From a bacterium (GTDB taxonomy: Bacteria > Zhuqueibacterota > Zhuqueibacteria > Residuimicrobiales > Krinioviventaceae), in assembly GCA_963693055.1 (NCBI GenBank), contig OY843751.1:5760001-5824000 (forward strand): DNA of 64,000 nucleotides, given 5' to 3'. The translations under genes and the position numbers were made by a program. Below are positions 56,431-64,000 of the stretch, piece after piece. Below the pieces are notes generated by a model. The model was given only the letters and a program-made list of their open reading frames with translations, was not told where the DNA came from and searched no databases. Numbering within the stretch: the stretch's first letter is position 1; the number at the start of each line of letters is the position of its first letter.

Positions 56431-58194
56431 CTACATTCCTTCAAATATTCTTAAACCCAATTCCATAAGCTGCTCGCTCTTGACATTAGATGGCGCACCA
56501 TCCATAAGCGAGGTTCCACTGGCTGTTTTGGGGAACGCAATTACATCACGAATCGACTGACCACCTGTCAAAATCATATTTAACCGGTCAAAACCAAAAG
56601 CAATACCACCATGTGGCGGAGCTCCATACTGCAATGCATCGAGCAAAAATCCAAATTTGCTTTGTGCTTCTTCTTCTGAAATGCCAAGTGCTTTGAACAT
56701 TTTGGATTGTATATCGGAATTAGAAATACGAATACTTCCTCCGGCAATTTCTAATCCGTTCATTATGAGGTCATAAGCACGGGCCCGCACATTACCAGGA
56801 TCCGTATCCATTTTACCCATATCCTCTTCAATGGGAGATGTAAACGGATGATGCAGAGCAACATAACGTTCTTCTTCGGGATTAAACTCTAACAATGGAA
56901 AATCAACAACCCATGCAAGTTTATATACATTATCAGGGATCAAATTATTATCTTTGGCCAGTTTTAATCTCAAATTGCCAAGAACCGGAAAGGCATCTTG
57001 CTTTGTATCTGCTACAAACAACAACAAATCTCCATCACCAGCGCCACACTCGGCCATAATGGCTTTTCGCTGTTCTTCGGTAAAGAATTTTGACAACGAG
57101 CTGTCCCAATCATCACCTTTAACTTTGATTGCTACAAGGCCTTTGGCGCCTTGTTCCTTGGTCCAGTCAGTTATATCATCAATTTGCTTGCGTGAAAAAG
57201 AAGCGCCACCAGGCATAGCAAGACCAGCAACAACATTACCGGCTTGTACAGTTTGAGTGAACACTTTGAATTCACAATCTTTAACCAGATCAGATATATT
57301 GTGTATTTCTAATCCAAAACGGAGATCAGGTCTGTCAATACCATAAGTTTCAATTGCTTCTTGATAAGGTATACGTTGAAAGGGTGCATCAACATCAACA
57401 TCAATAACGTCTTTCATAATTTTGACAACCAGACCTTCAACAATTTTAAAAATATCTTCTTCATCAATAAAAGACATTTCTACATCAATCTGAGTAAACT
57501 CGGGTTGGCGGTCTGCCCTAAAATCTTCATCTCTGAAACAACGTACAATTTGAAAATAGCGGTCATATCCTGAGACCATCAATAATTGCTTATATGTTTG
57601 CGGTGACTGAGGCAGCGCGTAAAAACGACCTTTCCATATTCTGCTTGGTACTAAAAAATCCCTGGCACCTTCGGGTGTACTTTTCATCAAAAAAGGTGTT
57701 TCAATCTCTACAAAATCATTTTCAGAAAAATAATTACGAACAATCTGAGCTGTTTTATGACGAACAAGCATTTTTTGCTGCATTTCAGGTCTACGCAAAT
57801 CCAAAAAGCGATATTTTAATCTCAAATCTTCAGACGCGTTGCTTTCACCACTAACAGGTATTGCCGGTGTTTCTGATACGTTCAATATTTCAATATCAGA
57901 AGCTATTAATTCAATTTCACCGGTTCTAAGTTTTTCATTAACCATACCGTCTGGTCTGTGCTCAATTATACCTTTAAATGCAACAACAAACTCACTTCTC
58001 AATTTTTTGGCTTCTTCATAAGCACTGGATGAAGGATTAATCTGGACTTGTGTTATACCCCAGCGATCCCTCAAATCGATAAAAATTAAACCACCATGAT
58101 CACGTCTTCTGTCAACCCATCCCATTAATATAGCTGATTCATCAACATTATTTTTTGTTAATTGCCCGCAATTATGTGTTCTTTTCCATTTCAT
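56431..58194 (-). CDS. aspS: Aspartate--tRNA ligase
   Basis: RTHNCG, FIDLRD, STPEGARDF, LPQSPQ, FRDEDFRADRQPEFTQ, GGSIRI, PPHGGIAFGFDR. Confidence 0.97.
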   Translation of the reverse strand: MKWKRTHNCGQLTKNNVDESAILMGWVDRRRDHGGLIFIDLRDRWGITQVQINPSSSAYEEAKKLRSEFVVAFKGIIEHRPDGMVNEKLRTGEIELIASDIEILNVSETPAIPVSGESNASEDLRLKYRFLDLRRPEMQQKMLVRHKTAQIVRNYFSENDFVEIETPFLMKSTPEGARDFLVPSRIWKGRFYALPQSPQTYKQLLMVSGYDRYFQIVRCFRDEDFRADRQPEFTQIDVEMSFIDEEDIFKIVEGLVVKIMKDVIDVDVDAPFQRIPYQEAIETYGIDRPDLRFGLEIHNISDLVKDCEFKVFTQTVQAGNVVAGLAMPGGASFSRKQIDDITDWTKEQGAKGLVAIKVKGDDWDSSLSKFFTEEQRKAIMAECGAGDGDLLLFVADTKQDAFPVLGNLRLKLAKDNNLIPDNVYKLAWVVDFPLLEFNPEEERYVALHHPFTSPIEEDMGKMDTDPGNVRARAYDLIMNGLEIAGGSIRISNSDIQSKMFKALGISEEEAQSKFGFLLDALQYGAPPHGGIAFGFDRLNMILTGGQSIRDVIAFPKTASGTSLMDGAPSNVKSEQLMELGLRIFEGM

Positions 58195-58226
58195 TTGCCG
58201 CTACCTTGTTAAAAAATTACAATGTT

Positions 58227-58258
58227 AAAAAAAACCGTCAGACGATTGTCTGACGGTT
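58227..58258 (-). terminator. Intrinsic terminator closing the 58314-63580 unit
   Basis: aaccgtcagac-gatt-gtctgacggtt 11-bp perfect stem with an A run (U tract on minus strand). Confidence 0.85.
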
Positions 58259-58313
58259 AAAGATAATACTCTTGTTACAAAAAATCAATCAAAAGAATTA
58301 TTAATTAAAGGTA

Positions 58314-60563
58314 TTAGTTTTTAAAATAAAATACCGGACCACCCATTAATACACGTTTATATTTAAAAGAGTTGGTCTGGTAAACCGCATACTTGGCTTC
58401 GAACCAAATGGTTCCGCTCCACAGATGCTGTTTTACAGTAACCATGCTTGACCATTTATCACCAAATCCAAATCTCCAGTCAAACAAAAAGTTTTTAAAA
58501 CCACTATCGGTAGTATAGCTCAAGCCCATTGAAAGGTAGTGTTGAGAATATTTGAATTCTTGTCCTCGTGGAGTAATAATTCTTCCATCTTCAATGGTGT
58601 TGCCTCGTTTTTCCCAAACTTTATAAAGTGAATAAGAGACTTCGTCCAGCTTTAATCTAAATCTGTTAATGGGAGCATCATCCTTTAATCCAAAACGGAG
58701 GCCGGCACCATTATATCTGTTAAAATAGCTGTACTTGAGGCCTTCTGTATCCATATCAAAATGATATATCTCTTTACCTAATCCGCTAATATCTCTGGGG
58801 AATGTCATTGGCAATTGAAAAGAAATGTTATAACCAATACTTTTCAGGTAACTGCTGTTTGGCATCCAGCCAAAAACTTCATTTATTGCATTATAGTCCC
58901 AACTTTTATTTAAAATAAATTGAATATTGTTGATTGCAAGTCTGGCATCGCCTTCATTCTTTTCAAAAAAGCGGTTGTCTAATTTATAGTCAACAAAGTT
59001 GATCAATGTTCTATTTGCGTAATTATACGGTCTGTAACTGACTCGAATGTCATCAACCAACCAGGTGATGGGCGGAACTTCATTAAAATTCCATTCAAAA
59101 TAATACGCCATGCTACCTGACCATACAAACGGATAATTAAATTCATCCTGGCCAAATTCAGTACCCAGTTTGAACCGCTGGTTCAATAAAGAAAATTGAA
59201 AATTCAACTCATCTACGCTCAATGTTACGGGATATGCATTTTCTGCTTTTGGAAAAGCATAAGATTCCATTGCCTCAACAACACCAATCTGACCTCCATC
59301 AACCTGTGCGGGCTCGATATGTTTTTGTCCGGGTCTAACAGTATTAGACAAAGGTACCAGACCAAACAGGGATGCAACATAATAGTTACCCAAATCATTA
59401 TGATTTTCATGTGATGACAATACCTGGAAATTGCTTGACTGTATGGAATACTCTATTCTGTCCAATTTATTGGTTTCGAGTTCCATATCATAATTCATGT
59501 ACAAGCGAGCGGAAACAAAACTGGCTTGTTCTTTATCTACTGCCGCTGAAACAGCAATATCAATAATCTTGTTGGCTATATCTGTAAAGTTGAGCTTTGT
59601 TTTACGTTCTAAACGCTGCATACGCAATTCGTCGTTTTGCAATACTGCCTGAGAACCATTGCGATAAACAGTAATCTCTTTGGAGTATTTTCCGGATGGG
59701 GTCTTTTTCAAGTTTACACCAAAACTCCATTTATCCGGCAAATTGTTTGGCATCTCTCCTTCTTCATCCCAGAAATATTGTTGAAAAATATATTTGGGCA
59801 ATGAAGGTTCTTTATTTGAAGAAATATCAATCTTGCTCAAATCATTAATAAATTGTTCTGCCGGCAATGTGTGAATTTTTACAAATTGATCACGTTCAAT
59901 GTAACCCACCTGAATGGCTTTAACCGCGGGTGAATTATCACGTCCGGTATTTGTATAAAGAATTTTGATAGCGTCAATAGAGTCAACCTTTGCTTCTACA
60001 TCAGCACTGATCTGCACAAGTACATCGAGAAGGGTATTAAACTCTTCAGCATTTTTACGCTTTGACCAGAGCCCCGCGTAATCGGAAGAGGTAATATCTT
60101 CTTCCAACTGGGTAATAGGTATTGAAATTGAAGAAGCTCTTCTGAATACCAAACCCGATGCTTGAATATAAGAATCGATAGCGCCCATATAGTTATCACT
60201 GGGAGCATTGATTGAATTCAAAAATCTTGAAATATCGATCTCGATGTTTGTTGGGGTATTATCATCTATATAGATCGATTCAATCTTTAAACGATTTTCC
60301 GTAGAGTTGTAATTAACCAAAATACCAACATTATCAATCAAGGTCATGGGACTTTCCCATGTGGCTCTCGACGCATCGTTGGGATCGTTAATCACCTCTC
60401 TTAATGTATTGATAAAGTCTTGAAACACCTGAGGATTCGCTTCATAATCCCTTGGAGTGGTTATGTAAGTTCGGATGTTATCAGCTACTTCATTGGCCTG
60501 TGAAAAAACGACAGAAACGAACACCAATAAAACCAAAATCAAACACGTTAATTTACCTTTCAT
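58314..60563 (-). CDS. Exported hypothetical protein; probable C-terminal outer-membrane beta-barrel
   Basis: Signal peptide; C-terminal half has alternating aromatic/hydrophobic strands (FLFDWRFGF, IWFEAKY, GPVFYF). Confidence 0.6.
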   Translation of the reverse strand: MKGKLTCLILVLLVFVSVVFSQANEVADNIRTYITTPRDYEANPQVFQDFINTLREVINDPNDASRATWESPMTLIDNVGILVNYNSTENRLKIESIYIDDNTPTNIEIDISRFLNSINAPSDNYMGAIDSYIQASGLVFRRASSISIPITQLEEDITSSDYAGLWSKRKNAEEFNTLLDVLVQISADVEAKVDSIDAIKILYTNTGRDNSPAVKAIQVGYIERDQFVKIHTLPAEQFINDLSKIDISSNKEPSLPKYIFQQYFWDEEGEMPNNLPDKWSFGVNLKKTPSGKYSKEITVYRNGSQAVLQNDELRMQRLERKTKLNFTDIANKIIDIAVSAAVDKEQASFVSARLYMNYDMELETNKLDRIEYSIQSSNFQVLSSHENHNDLGNYYVASLFGLVPLSNTVRPGQKHIEPAQVDGGQIGVVEAMESYAFPKAENAYPVTLSVDELNFQFSLLNQRFKLGTEFGQDEFNYPFVWSGSMAYYFEWNFNEVPPITWLVDDIRVSYRPYNYANRTLINFVDYKLDNRFFEKNEGDARLAINNIQFILNKSWDYNAINEVFGWMPNSSYLKSIGYNISFQLPMTFPRDISGLGKEIYHFDMDTEGLKYSYFNRYNGAGLRFGLKDDAPINRFRLKLDEVSYSLYKVWEKRGNTIEDGRIITPRGQEFKYSQHYLSMGLSYTTDSGFKNFLFDWRFGFGDKWSSMVTVKQHLWSGTIWFEAKYAVYQTNSFKYKRVLMGGPVFYFKN

Positions 60564-60600
60564 GACATCTCCGAATTATTTCTATTCTTTATTCTATTTC

Positions 60601-62475
60601 TCAATCTACACCTAATTGACGAATGATTAATTGTCTATTCTGACTGTTTAAAGAGATAGGTTGTTTTGAATATGGTACATTTACTCTTAAACCATCTATA
60701 TTCACAATAGAACCTGGTGAAAACTTTGTATTGAAAACAAACTGTGTTTCTGAAGTTGCCGGATTAGCATATGATGCCTTAAATGGCCGCACATTAAATT
60801 CCAATATAGACTTTATGGGGTCACCAAAAAAGTCATGCAAATAAAAAGTGACAAATGTTGTAGAAGCTACATAGTCATTGTCTTTTATATTGATGCGATA
60901 ATCATCTGGAACTTGAGCGACATAAAACTGAATTTGCTTATAATGGTTCGTATTTGTATTAACACGCAAATTCAGGTTACGAACATCTGCATCTATAGAA
61001 TATTTCACATTACCCAATTGATTTCTGGGTGATTGATTTCCATTAACAACACAATTCCTGATATGATTTGCATTTACATTCTGCAAGGAATAGAAAAAGT
61101 TCACAGGTCTGGATTCATAAACAATTGGATATTTTGCCTGATTTGCCGGAGAATCTTTGAGATAACTCTCCTCATCCGGATACTTTTTAATAAACCTTTC
61201 AAACAATTCTTTTTCATCGGTAAACTGGTTACCCGGATCATCCAACTCACTTTGAAACATGGGACGAATTGGCGGCCAAACCTGGAACCGGAAGGGTATA
61301 ACTTCAATCAACCAGTTACGTTCATCAACAGACATACCTGACCTTGCAACCAAACGTATGGGTACCTGCAGACTCGAAAATCCATTCAAATTTCGGTTTG
61401 TAGTAATGGGAAATTCAAGATCAAAAACCTGATAATTGTTTGTTGGTGTTACAAAGATATTGCTCTTAAGTGCTTCTCTATTTCCCAGCTGTATATTGGT
61501 TATAGACTCATTATTTAACACTTCCTTGTTGTCAATATACAAGGTTATGTATTCAACCGGAAAGTTTGCCGAAATTACCTGCTTAAACGGCATACCTACA
61601 GGGGTATTTAATTTCTCAACATAATTTTCCGGGGGATGTAATATTTTAAACTTGTTAACAATCTCTTCGGAAACTGTAAATACATTGGGTTCCTGACCCG
61701 GATTGTTCAGATTTAATCTTTTACGTTTCTTTTCGGTTATAACATCAAGATAATTTCCACGGGCTCCATGTAAAGAATCCGGAATTAAATATTTTACTGC
61801 AAATGTAAATTTATCAATACCAAATGTGCTTGCCAGATTGCCTGCATCAAAATCTTTCCAAGTTGAATCTGAGAGATTAATCTCTACACTTTTGATCATA
61901 GATGAATCAGGCAACACATCGTTACCTCTTCGCAGGTATTTGTAATTTATTGTCAAGCCGCTGCCATCTTTATTTAATGGTATTTCACTAAAGATCAACA
62001 ACTTTATACCCTGATCTAATAGATAACCAAAATTTCTATCCTGCTTTTTAACTAATCGTTTTGAGAATCCATCTTTTTCAATAATATGTACAAAGTAATA
62101 ATTCCCTGAATCAAATTGAATATAGACATTACTATCCTGAGAGGGTCCCATATATTGAATATCAAAATTATTTGATGTTTTAGAATAATTTATCTGGTAT
62201 CTACCGGCACCCTGCTCAAAATTAGCAGAAGTAAAACTCAGAGTGTCGCCAATTTGACGGGCAAGTCTATATTCAAATTCGGCATCTGTTTGCTCAGTCG
62301 TCCAGGAATATTGCAAAAAATCATTGGCCATACCGCCAATATCCATTACATTATTTTCTCTGAACAATTCCTGAGCATTGTGCGGATCAAGTCTATTCGG
62401 GTCAACAAATTTAAGGTAGACAGACATTAAAAATGTCAACACATACAAGAGTAATACTATTCGATTCCTATCCAT
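60601..62475 (-). CDS. Single-pass membrane protein with large periplasmic beta-rich domain; putative GldM/PorM-like motor subunit
   Basis: N-terminal MDRNRIVLLLYVLTFLMSVYLK (R-x7-Y as in the GldM TM); remainder beta-sandwich-like. Confidence 0.5.
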   Translation of the reverse strand: MDRNRIVLLLYVLTFLMSVYLKFVDPNRLDPHNAQELFRENNVMDIGGMANDFLQYSWTTEQTDAEFEYRLARQIGDTLSFTSANFEQGAGRYQINYSKTSNNFDIQYMGPSQDSNVYIQFDSGNYYFVHIIEKDGFSKRLVKKQDRNFGYLLDQGIKLLIFSEIPLNKDGSGLTINYKYLRRGNDVLPDSSMIKSVEINLSDSTWKDFDAGNLASTFGIDKFTFAVKYLIPDSLHGARGNYLDVITEKKRKRLNLNNPGQEPNVFTVSEEIVNKFKILHPPENYVEKLNTPVGMPFKQVISANFPVEYITLYIDNKEVLNNESITNIQLGNREALKSNIFVTPTNNYQVFDLEFPITTNRNLNGFSSLQVPIRLVARSGMSVDERNWLIEVIPFRFQVWPPIRPMFQSELDDPGNQFTDEKELFERFIKKYPDEESYLKDSPANQAKYPIVYESRPVNFFYSLQNVNANHIRNCVVNGNQSPRNQLGNVKYSIDADVRNLNLRVNTNTNHYKQIQFYVAQVPDDYRINIKDNDYVASTTFVTFYLHDFFGDPIKSILEFNVRPFKASYANPATSETQFVFNTKFSPGSIVNIDGLRVNVPYSKQPISLNSQNRQLIIRQLGVD

Positions 62476-62494
62476 AATCTATATTACCACTTTT

Positions 62495-63580
62495 TTACTT
62501 TTCAACAATTAAATTAACTTTTTTCAAGGCATCAAGAACACCCTGTGCGATCATTTCTGCATCAACCTTTTCCGCTACAACTTCTTTATCTTTTAAAGCC
62601 TGAGCCAGCTTTTCAGCAAACGCTTCATCAATTTTCAATTCTTTTTCTTCTTCATGGGTTTTAAATTTATCCGGAAACTTGTATCCCAAATAAAAAGCGG
62701 CAGCTTCGGTAAAACCACCGGCAACAACCAAAAAGGTCAACATGTTAAAACCCCACTTTGAAAAATTCTGAAATTGATCGGGATTAAAGGCGTGAAAGAT
62801 ATCATATAACTGCCAGTGAAAGTAAACACTCATATCAAGCAATTGGTTTTTTTCAAAATAGATAATACCTACAATTGCAAAAATCATGGTAATAATACCC
62901 AAATTCATAATCTGGGTAGGAGCTGAATATAAAAAGTTTTCTCTAAATTGCTTGTCTTTTTCCATTAAATTATTATTTCTAAATTGTACCAGCTTTCGAA
63001 TAGGAATCACAAAGATACCCCAAAAGAATGCCGCAATTGCCACAACTTGAAACGTTATTCCAATTACTGTTTGAAAGAGATACACTTCGGCAGTTGGGTT
63101 CATAACCTCTGTTAATATGCGAATTCTTTCACCAAAACCGGAAACAAGTATCACCAGCATGAGGAAAAGAACCAGCAAGATCACTTTAACAACAGCGGTA
63201 ACATCTACAATCTTGCCCATTTCACCAAGATTATACTCACTTGTTAAACCATCGATGATATTTTTCATATCCAGCTTGACCTGATCGCTGCCATGAGCTT
63301 CAAGCAATTTTCGAATTTGAACTTCATTTAACAGGTCAGCTTTTTCCGGGGATTTTAAAAAAGGCACCAAATATTTAACAAGAAACCAAAAACCGGTAAA
63401 AAAGCCTCTTTTTTGATGATCTTCTCGTTGTTTTTGATAAATATTTTCTTCAAATATAGCAACAACCTCTTTTGCAATAGCTGGATTATGAAAATATGCC
63501 TTTTTCCTGGTTAATTTCAATAAATTGTCTTTAGAAAGATCATACTTTATCAAACCAAACATCGAGTTTAATTTACCCAT
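62495..63580 (-). CDS. Polytopic membrane protein; putative GldL/PorL-like motor subunit
   Basis: Last two TMs NFLYSAPTQIMNLG and AGGFTEAAAFYLGYKFP align with GldL NFAYGMGAAVVIVG and IGLLTEALIFALSAFEP (recalled sequence); charged helical C-tail. Confidence 0.55.
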   Translation of the reverse strand: MGKLNSMFGLIKYDLSKDNLLKLTRKKAYFHNPAIAKEVVAIFEENIYQKQREDHQKRGFFTGFWFLVKYLVPFLKSPEKADLLNEVQIRKLLEAHGSDQVKLDMKNIIDGLTSEYNLGEMGKIVDVTAVVKVILLVLFLMLVILVSGFGERIRILTEVMNPTAEVYLFQTVIGITFQVVAIAAFFWGIFVIPIRKLVQFRNNNLMEKDKQFRENFLYSAPTQIMNLGIITMIFAIVGIIYFEKNQLLDMSVYFHWQLYDIFHAFNPDQFQNFSKWGFNMLTFLVVAGGFTEAAAFYLGYKFPDKFKTHEEEKELKIDEAFAEKLAQALKDKEVVAEKVDAEMIAQGVLDALKKVNLIVEK

Positions 63581-63727
63581 TTTTATACCTCATATAGACA
63601 GTTTGTTGTATCAGTGAACATAATATTTTTAAAAAGGATTATACTTCCCAGCCCAATTTTTTAAAGTAATTTTTTTATATTTGAAATGCAACTAAAAGTT
63701 TCTGTATTTACAGTACCAAAAAAAATT

Positions 63728-63757
63728 AAGCGGCACCAAATAAATTCAATGCCGCTT
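63728..63757 (-). terminator. Possible terminator of the atp operon
   Basis: aagcggca-N14-tgccgctt with a nearby A run (U tract on minus strand); loop is long. Confidence 0.45.
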
Positions 63758-63799
63758 TATACGTATCAATTATTATACCAAAATAAAACAAGAAGCCTA

Positions 63800-64000
63800 T
63801 TATCTCGAAGCAACCTCCAAACGATTCAAAGCTCGCATCAGAGAGGCATTTGCTCTTGCCATGCTGGTTTCAGCTTGTTTTTCATCAAGGCGTTTTTGAG
63901 CACGTTCACGTGATTTTTGAGCACGTTCAACATCAATATCACCGGAAGCTTCTGCAGTTTCTGCCAGTATGGTCATTTTATTATCTGCAACTTCAACAAA
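63800..64000 (-). CDS. atpC: F0F1 ATP synthase subunit epsilon, 3' part
   Basis: Not in the ORF track; my translation FVEVADNKMTILAETAEASGDIDVERAQKSRERAQKRL...RANASLMRALNRLEVASR*. Confidence 0.93.
   Translation of the reverse strand, partial: FVEVADNKMTILAETAEASGDIDVERAQKSRERAQKRLDEKQAETSMARANASLMRALNRLEVASR

Noticed and set aside
60601-63580. Zorya ZorAB, MotAB or ExbBD assignment for the membrane pair
   Set aside because: The partner lacks the intramembrane Asp and any OmpA-like or ExbD domain; the motifs fit GldL/GldM better.
52409-63700. More AT-rich stretch as a horizontally acquired island
   Set aside because: It contains aspS, abuts atpC, and shows no integrase, att repeats or IS; composition was judged only by eye.
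63686-63913. 75-aa plus-strand ORF
   Set aside because: Antisense to the clearly recognisable atpC 3' end.

Overview
Gene-dense, AT-rich (roughly 40% GC by eye) bacterial chromosomal window with no rRNA, tRNA, CRISPR array, transposase or integrase that I can see. The C-terminal 'NYPNPFNP...VYDLLGREI...KKM' sorting tail and the general gene content suggest a deep-branching FCB-group diderm such as KSB1, Calditrichota or Ignavibacteria (inference). Most of the window is housekeeping: ssb, a nucleoside-salvage operon, lon/hsp20, ktrAB, phoH-HD phosphodiesterase-ybeY-corC, aspS and the end of atpC. The best candidates for new biology are envelope loci. (1) Directly downstream of atpC is a three-gene unit whose membrane segments match the catalytic motifs of the GldL/GldM (PorL/PorM) proton-driven rotary motor, but with a four-TM GldL-like subunit and an unrecognised outer-membrane partner. 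(2) An AsmA/YdbH-like lipid bridge and a DUF1318 lipoprotein are coupled to a 2.8-kaa exported beta-propeller/TPR protein with one catalytically dead and one intact caspase-like CHAT domain. (3) A Helicobacter-like Csd6/Csd4 peptidoglycan-trimming module lies next to a lipoprotein plus LysM-protein pair whose coiled coils each carry one Cys in the same register. Also seen: a ParB-like plus SPL-like radical SAM operon, and an 86-bp insertion (62-bp duplication) that replaces the photolyase C-terminus. All family calls come from motif recognition by eye; no searches were run.
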